A stretch of 60,898 nt of DNA, the filler included. It is 10 parts of 10 records of this genome, joined end to end, with 100 filler letters (N's around TTAATTAATTAA, not from the genome) between each part and the next. Parts side by side here need not be neighbours in the genome. Positions count along the whole stretch, not along the records: positions 31,382 to 37,191 come from SRR15195285_3896; positions 37,292 to 41,506 come from SRR15195285_3898; positions 41,607 to 44,696 come from SRR15195285_3900; positions 44,797 to 48,627 come from SRR15195285_3903; positions 48,728 to 60,898 come from SRR15195285_3904; 5 more parts are not named here. One strand, given 5' to 3'. Of this stretch, positions 34,601 to 49,297 are shown in pieces. A program made the translations under genes and the position numbers. The number at the start of each line of letters is the position of its first letter. Within the stretch, counting starts at the first letter, position 1. Below the pieces are notes generated by a model. That model saw only the letters and a program-made list of their open reading frames with translations. It was not told the origin of the DNA and searched no databases.

Positions 34601-36608
34601 TGAGATTAAGGTCAAGGACGAACCGACAGGAACGAGTCGCAGAAAAGAAGCAGAAGAGCAAGACCAGGACTCTGATGCCACAGAAGAAGAGGACGAAGGA
34701 GTAGCAGCATCTGCAGCCAAGGAAGCGCCAGGTATGGACGATGACCACAGCGTGTTTTGGTACTGGAAGGGCGATAGCAATGAAAGTGCAGCCCAAGACG
34801 TGTGGATCCGTTACAACGCGTCGACATGTGTTGCGCTTGAGGAAGCCCGAGCTGCCAAAGAGAAAAAGTACAAACTGGACGACGAGCGATTCATTGATTT
34901 CGGGAAGATGGTTCAGGCTCGTTATGATGACCCAAAGCGACGTCGTGCGCTGAAACGCGAGACCCCTGCCATTCGGAGAGCTGCGTCGAAACGAAAAGCA
35001 ACGATGGCAGCCAAGAAAGCTGCCGCTGCGAAAGATAGCAAGGCCGAGCCTGCTGGCAACATCAAACAACGGGCATCTCGACGTGGTTCTCGCAGTACTG
35101 CTGCTGCATCCAATGTGGACGATGCCCAGAGTGGACACGGCGCCAGCGCAGCAGCCGCAGCACATGAGCCATTGAATTTGTCAAAACTGCCCACGAAGGT
35201 CCGTCAGGGATTACTTGAAGCGTCAACACGATTCTATTCGAAAATTCCTCACGCATTCGGAAATAAGACTCCTCCAGTTTTGTTGAGCAAGGAGCAGCTT
35301 ACAGAAAAATCAATGCTGCTGGATGAGCTGCTGCAGCTCGAACGTACCGCGCAGATCATACGCTCAGCGACCTGTGACGATCCATCGTCGACGGCAGAGA
35401 CTAAAGTGCCACGCAGTCCCATTGATGTGTGCTACGGAAAACTGAACTGTGACCTCAATGTGCTGAAGCCCGACTGTGCTGAGTACCAGCTGATTGAAGA
35501 GATGCTCAAAAATACGCATGGGGACACGCACCGCAACTTCTCCTTGAGTGAGTCGATTCCTATTCGAATATCATTTGCCGCAAGTTTCGTTTGCAGTTGT
35601 TGTGCGGCTTACAGCTCGATGCTTGCCACGATACCTACGCGACAGGCGTTGATACTATCTTTGCTGTGGATCGGCATGGCGAGGGCGAGCGATACCGCGC
35701 ACGTAGCGAGTCGTTAGAGCCCAAAGCTCTGCTCTGGCATGGGAGTCGTTCATCCAACTTCACTGGCATCCTTGCACAAGGCCTGAGAATCGCGCCACCC
35801 GAGGCTCCAATGACCGGATATATGTACGTATGGCACAGCAACTTCTGTTAGCAGCCAGAGGGCGACTTGACATCTGCCATGTCTATAATGCGACAGGTTT
35901 GGAAAAGGAGTGTACTTTGCAGATATGGTAGGTGACAACGGTCGGCAGGCACTCAGATTAGAATCTCCTAGTGACAAACTGTTCGCTTCTACCGAGCAGG
36001 TCAGCAGTCTGCGTTTCAGCATGCTTGCTAGATTTAACTTCTTGTGTATCTGACAGGTCTCGAAGTCCGCTCAGTATTGCTTTGCTACTGCGAGCAATCC
36101 GACCGGGCTGCTGCTGCTGTGTGAAGTGGCACTTGGCACTCCATTGGAATTGACTGGCGCAAAGAGCATCAAGAAGCTTCCGGCAGGGACAGACAGCACG
36201 AAAGGCACTGGGCAGACTGAGCCTGACCCAGACGGAGACAGAGTCATCTCGAGCTGGCTCGAGGAGGCTGATGGCGCCGGTGCTTGCAGGCCTGCTACTG
36301 TCGACGGATCTCCGCGACTGCCTGTGCGCGCGCCATGTGGGGGACCAACGAGCGCTGACGTCCGACGAACCTCGCTCTTGGTGCGAGCTTGATTGCGAGC
36401 TTGCCTCGAAGTATGCGTTGGTGCTCATTATGCGTTGTGCCTACACATTACGACAGCTGAGGTGTTTGGTAGCACTAACATTTTTGTTTACGATGTTTGC
36501 GGGACCGCACAGTACAACGAGTTTATTGTTTACGATGTGGCCCAAGTAAAGATACGGTATCTCGTGAAGGCCGACTTTCTGTTCACCCACCGGCTTCGGC
36601 GCCGGTAA
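31677..36608 (+). CDS. PARP1: Poly(ADP-ribose) polymerase 1-like, 10 exons: ZnF1, ZnF2, PADR1/ZnF3, BRCT, WGR, helical domain with WWE-like insertion, catalytic domain
   Basis: VEYAKSGRASC...WFHLDCF; VEHAKSSRAGC...WHHRKCF; ADGMLFG...CxxC; AWGRLG; KMPLGK; FYSKIPHAFG; H-Y-E triad in LWHGS, GY|MFGKGVYFAD and SLL|YNEFIVYD. Introns 31767-31910, 32387-32522, 33453-33538, 33871-33937, 34278-34351, 35548-35645, 35824-35896, 35928-36056, 36381-36512. Confidence 0.93.
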
Positions 36609-37291
36609 TGATACGAGATCTGACACCACAACATAATGTGATGCAAGTTGTTTCATGTCCTTGTGCCCAGGGGACGTCAGCCCTAATCGCGCAGGCCTAA
36701 CTAATGGCGAGTGTATGTATAGATAACACAAGCATTGTTTATTCAAAAACGGTAAGGCTCGTACCAGGTATTGTAAATTGCTGGAGTGCCTGGTACCTCA
36801 ATGCAAAGGAATAGCCAACATTCTTAGCAGTGCGGCGAAATACTCGTGCCTACATCCGCCCAACATCGCGCACCGAGCTCCTCCGCATCTTCCGAGCATC
36901 ATTGCGGCCCAACTCTGCCCCAGCTGCTAGGGCGCGCGGTATTGTACAGTCCGAGCGCGCAATCGCCGACACTACTAGTCCAGATCCTCACATTGTCGAG
37001 CCACAGCCAGTGCCCGAGGTCTGGGCGGCTTCTAGCTCGTCTAGCCGCTCGTGCATTGCAGGTATGGAAAGCATTATCATAGGTTGCGATTACACACTCC
37101 TCACCGGGGCTTAGGCACGCGAAAATCATCAAAATGAGGGCTGGCGCCAGACGCCACCACTGTCGTGTTGGCGCGCTGCTCGCGCTGTAACNNNNNNNNN
37201 NNNNNNNNNNNNNNNNNNNNNNNNNNNNNNNNNNNTTAATTAATTAANNNNNNNNNNNNNNNNNNNNNNNNNNNNNNNNNNNNNNNNNNNN

Positions 37292-40200
37292 GCGTGGAAA
37301 GAACTTCTCGCTGGCGTCGAAGAACAGCGGATCTGTCCAGTTGAATGTGTGGTACACGATCTGTCCGCCGCTAGACATGTGCAGCCGAGTGCGATCTGTC
37401 GCCATGAAGATGTCCTCAGTGACGACGATGTCCAAGAATCGCAGAGACTCGAACGTCAACTCGCGAGCGCTGACCGTCATTACATAGGTCGTCAGCGTCA
37501 TGTAGTCGCCTGAGGTCGCATTGAACGAGTTCTCCGCGAGGAGCATTGCATCAGAGCTGCGAGTCCGTAGCTGTTCTGCCACTGCTATCTCCATGGTGTC
37601 GTTGGCTTTGAGGGTGACGTTTGTAGATGAAACGTCAATCGTTGAGTCCGCATACAAGCCCAACTCGCCAGTCACCACACGAGTTTCTTGGCCGACAGCT
37701 ATGTCAGCGTTGTCAGACACAGCCAAAAACATGTTTCCTCCGAGGGCAACTTCAGCATCTGCCCCAACCGTCAGTTCCGCTGAATCCGCGGCAGCAACGA
37801 TCAGGTCAGACATGCCCACCTCAAGCGTGCTGCCGATATCAGCTACTGCACTTGTGTTCACGTGCAAGTTCAGCTGGTGTGTTGAACCTATGATCGTGTC
37901 CGTAGACTGTACTAAGATTTCTTTAGAGGCGATCACCACGCTTTCTCCTGCTGCCAGGCCCATACTCGTCTGTGCTACAGCTTCAGTGCGATCAGCAATG
38001 ATCGAGAAATCATCGCCGGCCGCAACGTCAATGCTCTGACCAATGTCAACGCCCAGCGTAGCCGCACGCAGAGATGCCGAGTCCCTGACTTGTACTTGCA
38101 GCGGCCTCGATGCGTTCAGCTTGAGCTCTCCAGTGCTCAGAGCGACACCTGATGACACATTCAGCACGAGGCCGTTGGTTGACATCTGTGCCGTGTCTTG
38201 AACGAACACGTCCGCGACTCCCCCAATTCCAGTCGTCATGCTGGAGGTCGTCAAGGCAGTGCGATTGCCCGCAAATGCATCTACAGTGCCAAGAGCATGC
38301 AGGTTGACCGCGTCGCCACTGACGTTTAGGCTCTGGATAGTAGTGAGGCTGAGTTCGTCGCTAGTTAATGACGCCGCGCCAACTGACGCTATCTCCACCG
38401 CCCCGTACGATATCATCGAAATGTGTTCCCCAGCTGTCAGGCTCATCCGCTCTCCCACGAATATGTCCGCCTTCTCGGTGGCACTCACAAAAAACTCCGA
38501 CACGATCACATCCAGGGATTCGGCTGCACGCAACTGCATTTCCGCTGTGTTTACGACGACACGCTGGCCACTTGCCCGAAGCGACTCAGTGGTGTGCAGG
38601 GCCATTTCGGAGGCCATGAGATCCAAGCGACCAACAGCAGCTACCTCTAGGTCGCCTACACTGCCGCGAACGACAGCAGAAGTCACCGTGATTGATTCGT
38701 CCGCAGAGGCGAAAATGCTGCCGTCGGTACCGAGGTTCAGGGCGCCAGTTGTAAGATTCAGCACGTGTGAGCTGTCAACAAGGATGGAATCCGTGACGAC
38801 GGACAACGCCCCAGCAACGTCGACTTCTAATCCAGTCCCCGCGCTCACGTACAACTCTCCACCTGCAACAGCTGCCACGTCGCCTCCAGCCGCGAGAATG
38901 GCGTCTGCATTGGCTGAAACTGACAGTGAAGCAGAGCCCACTTTGAGCGGCCCGACCGAGTCGACTTGTATAGATCGATTTGCTTGCAAAGCCAAGTCTG
39001 TCGTGGTTGCAACAAGCTCGGAGTACGCCTCCAGCACAAAGGAATTCGTCCCGATTGAAAACTGCCTACCGCCATCCAACTCAACCCCGTGCTCTGCAGC
39101 GATTTGAACCCGCCCAGAAACGAAAGATGTCGAGCGTCCGACCTGCATTGTAACGTCCCGCCCAGCGAGCACAGCCAGATCTGTACTAACGAGATTTGTT
39201 TCGTTGACCGCAAACGCACTCACGGAGTCGTTCGCAAACAAGTTTGCAGTGGCCGTAGATGTCTCTACGAAATCCGATGTCTTGGTCGTTGACCTGTCAG
39301 CTGTGGTGAACACGTCCTCCTGCGTGCACAAGACTTCAGGACAAACCTCCACAGGCTGACTGAGAGTAAGTTAGTGCCGAGATGTGCTTGCCTTACCTTA
39401 GCAAACACATCCAGCGCGTGCCCAGCAGCCAGCCAGAAATCTGTCGTAAGCATGGCGGCCTTATTTTGCGCCACCACGTCCAAGGTATCGCCGGCGCCAA
39501 GCGTCATGTCAGCTGCAGACGCATCGATAGTATCGCGCGCGTTAACAAACGCGTCCTGCGAGGTTGTAGTGACCAGCTCCGAAACAGATGCGTTCAGGCT
39601 TTGCCACAATTCAGCAGAAAAGTTGCTCGCGACCAGGCGAACACTTCCAAGGGCTTCTGCTGTGATGTTTGTCGTCCTGTCGACACAACGGCGGGGTCAG
39701 CTGACTTAAGTATACACGGCAAGGCAAACGCCAGCAGTAGATTGCGCAGTTGCAGAGAAGTCTTTACCAAATGTCCAAGTTTGGCGTTGTGACATCTACG
39801 TCCTGGGAATGTAGGCATCACACAGCGTGAGAAGGAGCAGAAGTACGGCGAGAGCCAGAAGGTGTGAGACTGCCGCACCTGTCCACTATACACTGACGTA
39901 CGACCCCTGCGACAAATGCCAAGTCATGTGTAATTCTCAACACAGGATGTACGCTGCTGCAGAACGAGGCCGTTGACTTACGGAGTTGATATGTTGACCA
40001 AGTCGGTTGTTGCGCGCATGGAAGAAGCCCCGGCTCGAAGCGCATACTCGGTCTCCGAGTGCACCAGTACCCGACCGCCAAGACCTGGCGTGAGAGTAAT
40101 ATCGGATGCGTATGCAGACTGGATATCCAAATCAGTCCTGGACGAAACCAATCTGCCAAGCATTGTGCCTGGGACGACCGTCTGCAAACAGCCCGGTCGA

Positions 40201-41143
40201 GTCAGTAACGCTGAAAACAGCTTGTGCTCTGGGGCAGCGGGGATGTGCGATGGCCTCACCGGAATAGCCTCCATGCGTGGCCTTGCCATGCGGCGCCGGC
40301 CACGTCGGAAGTAATCAACAGCTTCGGGCTGAAACTCGTAAACTGCAGTCGTCTCGTTGCCACAGAGTATCCCATGGAGAGCCGTCCTGCGGAGCCGGTG
40401 AGAACAATGAGTTGTTCTGAAGTATCATAGCTGGCGCTTGCTCGCAAGTACCCACGGATACGTTAGGCTCACCCATTCTGCAATGACACTTGGGATTGGA
40501 CACAGGTGGAGTTGTCGGGCATCAATGCAGATTCTTCCAAGCGCCGCAATGTGACCCTCATGCTATCCTCCGCAACACCTGTTGACAGCCTCCGTAGTCC
40601 ATCGGCTTGCGTCACGTTGGCTCTGGTGGCATTGATCAACGTTCCATTCACGAAGTCCACACCATCGAGATGTACGTTGGCGCCCTGGCGCTGCGATGCG
40701 TGCGCCTTCCGCTTCAGTTTTAGGCCTGCACTGTGAGTGTGCCGAGGACAGCGGCGCTGACCAGAGAGCGATGGACAAGGGTTCGGATCTCACCAGAATG
40801 GTCTCGTCTGGGTCAGCACCCGCGGTCAGGTCGACAATACCCGTGAGCGTCATGTTTCCCCATACGTTCACGTTGCTTGGGTCGCGCCCAACGTTTACAT
40901 CGCCGGTGACAAACAACGACTTTCGCGGGTCGACCTCCTCTGGCAGCTCCCAGTGCCTGAGATGGCAGGCGCGACACTCAGTTGGCCGGCTGCATCGCGG
41001 CGACGCACAAAAAGCATCAACGCTACCGGTGCGCACCCAATTTGTGTTTCCGCTTTGATCGTCACCCTACCCTGCGGGCTCACAGTTACCCACCCGTGAG
41101 CGCCACCGACTAAACCCAAGACTGTCGCGCTCAACAGCAACAT
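37292..41143 (-). CDS. Secreted multi-exon protein made of short beta-strand repeats (putative beta-helix/solenoid), 3'-truncated
   Basis: ATG 41143 begins a signal peptide MLLLSATVLGLVGGAHG. Several GT-AG introns link the minus-strand coding segments between 41143 and 39265 to the >650-aa open frame at 39352-37292, which is rich in V/S/T/A/D/G with alternating hydrophobic residues and NxS/T sequons. Confidence 0.7.
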
Positions 41144-41606
41144 AGCGGCCGGTCGCCGAGCGGATCGACACAGTCACCCAAGTAAACCAGGCTTCCCGGG
41201 CCGTTGCCGCCTCGCTCGCTGTGGTGGCTCCACAGGTATCCTCGATCGCGCGCGTTCCGGTGACCGGTACTGGGGCCCTTTCGGACTCCGTTTCCTCGCC
41301 CTCAACCTGCACCACGCTTGTCGGAGCAGTCGTTCAAGCCGCTCCCCTGAGAGTCTGCGTGAGTCCGACGGTGGCACACAGCGCCAAATTTAGAGACACA
41401 TTTAAAGTTGTGCGGCGGAAGCGCCGGTGAATTGTCGAAGAGGGCTAGATCTACTCAAGGGTAGACTGAACTGAGTCTACTGTACATTTGCCTTCGTCTG
41501 ACATATNNNNNNNNNNNNNNNNNNNNNNNNNNNNNNNNNNNNNNNNNNNNTTAATTAATTAANNNNNNNNNNNNNNNNNNNNNNNNNNNNNNNNNNNNNN
41601 NNNNNN

Positions 41607-44600
41607 CACACAGGACTCCAAGTAGCAAAGGGAAGCTCGTCCCTAAATTCAATACAATGATCAAGAGCTCAGATCTAGCTAACGCGTACCAGAGTCACAG
41701 CTAGCGCGAGCAGAATTTCTCCATACCCGACGGCAATGTCCCTTTCGATTGGCGCTAATGCCTGGTTCAGAAGATTCTGTGTGCTCGCCCCGCTTACAGT
41801 GCGTGTCACAAACTCTAGTAGCCCCGATGCGAAAAAAACATGCTCACACGGTACCAAGCAGAACTGTAGGAGCAGTGATTCAAGCATTGGCGCCGCTACA
41901 ACCGCATACCTGCAACACGACAGCGACAACTCAAGCTATGAGAACACGCGGATTCTGCTGGTGTGTGCTGCATCTACTAAATTTGACAATGAAGCAACCA
42001 GCAAGTGCACAAGTGCACAGTAGCTAGAAAAAGTGAGTGCCCGGGTGAGAAATGCACTGGAAGCATAGACTTTGTGTATCCATGCTTGCAACCTGTTTAG
42101 CAGCTGCATGGCCATGACTTGGACAGCTGTTTAGCGCACCACTTCGAGTTAATGTTGTCGAATTTTTCTCCTGGGATGTCATTGAATAAAAGTATGGACG
42201 AATTTAGAAGGAAAATCAGCACGATGTAGTTGATGAACTGGCACAAAAAGATTCTGTACAGGTACAAGCCGCGTGCGACAAGTACTTTAGTCTCTGATTA
42301 CACGTAACGACACTAAGATGTTGATATATCTACGACAACTGGGAGAATAGTGATAGAACACGCACCGAGTCGAGGTGGCCATCATCTGCAGTGAGATCGT
42401 ATGTGCTTTCGCGAATGGCGAAGTGAAGATCACCGCGAACTTCAGCGCCTGATTGAGCAGCACGACTACCAGCGTGCCCACTAGAAACCAGAGGACTGCG
42501 GAAGCCTTGTCGTCCTCGTACTTCTTGCAATAGTCTTGACCGAGTGATGCATCCCGATCTTTTCGGACAGATTCGAGGGCGCAGATGCATGCATAGCACA
42601 TGGCATCAACATCACCTGTGATAATATACGCAGAATGCCTTCAGGATTCGAACAGAAGAGACGTACATGTAGACTGTGGGCCTTGGTTGAAATCAAATGG
42701 TGGACTATAGAGCATTAGAAGCCAACCCGGTGTGGAAATGGTGTGCAGAGGAAAGAAGTGCATGAATGCATACCACCAATGAAAAGGGCAGCTGGTTTCG
42801 AGTCGACACGGTGGCAGTTGGCGATCCTTTCGCCATTACTGGTCACGGTCCAGTCCGGCCAACTGACACGTCCAGCACTGCGAGCCGGCTGGCAGATTGC
42901 TCCCCGTGGAAGTCTAGCTGGGCCCAGCTGTCACATCAAGATATCGCTTTGTCAACAATGTCTCTGGTGCAGAAAAGCAGATACATAGTGGAGCACACCT
43001 CAAACGTCGTGATCCGCGGGAATTCCGTCGTCGCAAGGGCATCAGCCAGGGACTGATACGAATCACGGTAAACCTCGGGATATGCCGTGTCCGCGTCAAG
43101 CGCGCCAGGACAAATTGCACCGGCAGTAGCGTTCGTTTGCGGCCCGACCACCCATTTGCATCCGTTGGTGTACGAGTTTCTGTCTTTCAGCTTCCCCACC
43201 TGCGGCGAGGGCCGGCGAGAATTACAACTAAAATAACAATTGAAATGTGCCGAGCGGGTAGGAATTCCTACGTACCAGTACTATGAGCCAGACACCAAGT
43301 AGTAGCACTGCGACCGTGCACGAAATGATAGTGGCCGCACGTATCCGGCGCTGCTTTTGTGTATACTGCAGGTTCTTCCAGAGGATAGTCTCAGGCTCTG
43401 GTGCGCCTTGGATCGAGACCGTCAGCCCGTCATGGAATCTGAGCTGCTTGATTTTCAGAGCCTCCTCGAATGACTTGTCGTTTTCGAATGTCGCAAATAC
43501 AGCTACAGGCGTCACTTGAACCCCATCTTCGTGGCGCCTCGGCGAAAGTGAGTCCAGCCTGGCATTCAATCTTTTGAGCTTCACTTGCAATTGCCTGACA
43601 GCATCGGTGCCTGATGCTTCGCCAAGAACCCGCCGAGCCTTCAGCGCTGCCTCAAGCTCGAGCAGCAGCGCCCTCTTGTCTTCCCACAGCCGAAAGGACT
43701 CCTCCTCATTCCAAGCAATCCAGACAGCCGGCTCGCCTCCTGAGCAAGCCAACATCAGGCCACTAAATCAATATCCGATCACCGTTGTCACGCGAGTAAT
43801 ACCATCCAGATCATTTGACGAATGCACCTATTCGATCTCGATCTGAAAAAAGTGGGGTATTTGCAGGGCTAGTACCAATGTTGGCGATGGCGGAGCCGGG
43901 GATAGCAGTTTCCAGCGTCTGTTTCACGAGCTGCTGCAGCGCGGCCTTCTGCTTTTCCCTGGACACTATGCTGCCCGCGCGAAACCCTGCCCATACCTCA
44001 TCATTTGCTGGCTTGATCAGGACAGTGTAGTCCGCCATCGTCACGCTCTCAAGGTCCACTGTATCAGAGACCGCCTTTACGTTCTTGCCGATCCAAAGCG
44101 TGAACACTGTCAACACGATGGAGACGAGAGCGTTCGTGACAGAGCTCAGCCACAGGGTCCCTGCAACACCACAACAACTTAGATACCAAGCTGAACATAT
44201 AGATCGCCGGTGCTGCAGCTTCTCTCACCGGATTCGCCAGCAGCGATATCAGCGTCGCTCACACGAATGTTTCCCAGCCCAAGTCGAGCAGGCCCTGCCA
44301 GGTGGGCGTAGAGCTCCGCTTCCGGCTGATCGTACATTTCCTGGGCTCTGTAGCTGACCATTGCCGGCAGAGAAATCACGCCGCACGCCAGCAACACAAT
44401 AGACAGAGATTTGAGCAGCAGGAAGTAAACACGCAGTCCTGTGCCTCCGATTTGTCCTAAATCCTCCGGGCTGGTATCGCAGACAGGATACTTCCTCACG
44501 CCATCAGTTTTTAGCCAGCCGTTCTCGTCCTTCGGCTGGAGACCTCTCTGTACAGGATAGCGTTCCTCTCTGCCAGAAATGTCCGTGGTGTTTACATACA

Positions 44601-44696
44601 CCGCCTGGTGGAGTAGCCTGTAGCGACGTGCTATTTCCATCTTCGGCTCCGAGGTCCAGTCCACCTGCTCAAACCATTTCCACACACGGACGGCCA
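41607..44696 (-). CDS. OSCA/TMEM63 (CSC1)-like membrane channel, multi-exon, probably truncated at both ends
   Basis: GTGLRVYFLLLKSL...ISLP; LGLGNI; TMADYTVLI; VFATFE; IQGAPEPETILWKNL followed by TM helices; FINYIVLIFLL segment near 42200-42250. Confidence 0.78.
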
Positions 44697-44877
44697 NNNN
44701 NNNNNNNNNNNNNNNNNNNNNNNNNNNNNNNNNNNNNNNNTTAATTAATTAANNNNNNNNNNNNNNNNNNNNNNNNNNNNNNNNNNNNNNNNNNNNAGTT
44801 CTGACTCCGTCTGTGGACTGAATTCTCTATTCTGACCCATCCATTGGAGGTACCTTCATGTCCGCAGGTATTTCATG

Positions 44878-45119
44878 CCCTCCAAAACTCATACTTATCA
44901 GTCACGCACCATATACGGAGGACTACGAGTTTGTAGAGACCGTGCAGTAGCGGAAGGCCCCTCCAAAACTCATACTTATATACTACACAATAATATTCAA
45001 AAGATTACGACTTTGTACCGCGACACTGCAGTAGAAAGGCCTCTCCAAAACTCATACTTATCAACCACCCAACCATGTACGCAGGACTACGACTTTGTAG
45101 AGACAGTAGTATTGGAAGG
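44878..45119. repeat. Tandem repeat, three units of 81-82 bp
   Basis: Units start at 44878, 44959 and 45041. All share an invariant CTCCAAAACTCATACTTAT, then a variable ~20 nt, then GAYTACGASTTTGTA...GTAG...AAGG. Confidence 0.9.
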
Positions 45120-45164
45120 TGGCGCTGGGGATCGTCCTGAAGAGGCTGGGGGGTGCCGGTCAAG

Positions 45165-47292
<2,128 letters not shown>

Positions 47293-47512
47293 TCAACCAG
47301 TCTAGTGTCATAAATCTCATATTCCCAATTCAACCCAGCAGACACATACTTCCGCACATACTATACTCAAGTCCTCGTGTTGCATTTTGAACAAAGAGGG
47401 CAGACAGCACCATTCAGCACCACGCTGACGGCGTGAATCCTTGCGACACCCACATGCCGCACGGCCTGTGCGAGCCGGTTGCTTGAGACAGCTACAGCGC
47501 CGCATCCCATCG

Positions 47513-48627
47513 CTATCGTCGCGCCCGCTCTCGCATGTTCTGCTGCGCACGTTCAATCGCACGGAGTTCTTCCCTAAGCTCCTGCTCCGTCGGCCGCCGC
47601 TCTCTAGCATCGCCGCGACGCTGGCGCTTGTTGTCACCTCTCCTGTCTGCACCGCCGCTGTCACCGTCTCTATGCCTCCGCTCCCCCCCAGAGTGACGGC
47701 TGTCGGACCGACTCCGATCACGATGGTGTCCATGGCCGCGCGGGTCTGCTTTCTTCGCTGCCGCTGCCGCTTTTTCCATCTTCTCAGCTTCAGCGCGCCT
47801 TTTCTGGGCTAGCGCTTTCTTTGCTCGCATCCGATCCCGCAGGGAGCCCACCTGGGCCTGCCCGGTCTCCCACGACGAGGGCTCGGAGCCTGCGCCAGCG
47901 TCAGCGCTCCCCGACGACGACGGTGCGGCGGGGGCAGCCCCAGCCCCACCATCGAAATGCCTCGGTGGGTGCTGTGCCATCGCAGGTGGGTGCTGTGCCA
48001 TCCGCGGCGGGTGCTCGGGCCCTGGCCGAAATCCTGGCCCGGGATGGGAGCCCCATGGCCCAGGTGGATGGTGGCGGTGATGCGGTCCAGGCGGCGGCCC
48101 CAGCAGCCCGCGTCCTTCCATGTGGCGGCGTGCGTAATCGTCCGGATGGCCGTACCGGGGGTCAGGGTGTCGGCCCGGGTAGCCGTGCGCTGGGAAAGCT
48201 CCGCGGCCCCCACCCCGGCCGCCGCCCCGGCCGCCGGGCAGTCCAGCCTTACTGGCCCGTCCACCGTGCTCCTCGCGAACGGTGAGCTGCCTGCCGCCCA
48301 ACTCGGTTCCAGTGAACTGAGCTATCGCCGCTGCCACAGCCTCCTTGTTGTGGAAGGACAGCACTGCGCATCCCTTCGACTTGCCGTCCTTGCGCTTCAG
48401 AAGCTCGACGCCCGCGAGCTCGCAGTCCTTGAAATGCTCCTTCAGCTCGTCCTCCGTTGTGCCGAAGTCCACGTTCGACACGAAGGCCTTCCTGCTCAGA
48501 GCGTCGTCGTCGCCGCCGCCGCCGCCGCCGCTGGTGTCCGCGGCGGGCGCGTCGTCCGCGGCCGCCGCCGCCGTGTCATCTGGCGCATCAACAGCTGCCT
48601 CCTCTTCCACAGCGCCCTCCTCTTCCA
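47513..48627 (-). CDS. RRM RNA-binding protein with RGG, Pro/His-rich and RS/RD-rich regions, 5'-truncated
   Basis: RNP2-like AFVSNV, RNP1-like KGCAVLSF, GTELGGRQLTVRE, GGRGGGRGGGRG, RDRSRSDSR; open to the contig edge. Confidence 0.85.
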
Positions 48628-49297
48628 NNNNNNNNNNNNNNNNNNNNNNNNNNNNNNNNNNNNNNNNNNNNTTAATTAATTAANNNNNNNNNNNNNNNNN
48701 NNNNNNNNNNNNNNNNNNNNNNNNNNNTTCAATGAATCCAGCCGTATTTTGTAGTAGTACTCTAGTACTATGAATGGTAGTAGTTCTCTAGAGAGTAGTA
48801 CAATATATAATACTGGTAGTACCTACTAGCTACTAGTGTACACGTACTAGTAGTAGATAGATGTACTACTAGTAGTACTCATAAGTCAAGTATTGTACTG
48901 ATAAAATGGTACTAGTACTGAGAGTGTGAACCATATGGTTGTGGAATGCCGGCTGACTGGTGCAGCTCCAACCCCCGCTGCTCCCCGATGTCGACGTGGC
49001 GCTGATAGTGCAGACAGCCTGGGCTACCCAGCAGCCCGTGGACTGAGCCCCGGTTTTGACCTGGTTTCCGCCGGGCAGGTGGTATCGTGCGAGTGATGGT
49101 AGCAGTGACGAGGGCAGCAGAGCCACGCACACCACACGCTAAACATAGATGACGTGAACACCATTCGAACTCATCGCCGCCGTGTGGAGGAGCGCGCCTG
49201 CGCCACCAGTACGCCGTGAGGCACAACTTGAAGTTTACTCGCTCGGCGTGCTGGGACCTTGCGGCTGATTAGACAGGAGGCCGTTGCGCTGGTGCCG

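Noticed and set aside
36776-37191. Possible gene fragment downstream of PARP1
   Set aside because: Several short frames are open but none has a recognisable motif.
44878-45119. CRISPR array (constant repeat plus variable spacer appearance)
   Set aside because: The 'spacers' are homologous to each other, there are only three units, no cas genes, and the context is eukaryotic.
48750-48920. Helitron or MITE termini in the CTAG-rich tract
   Set aside because: No terminal inverted repeat, subterminal hairpin, target-site duplication or transposase could be identified; kept only as a compositional observation.
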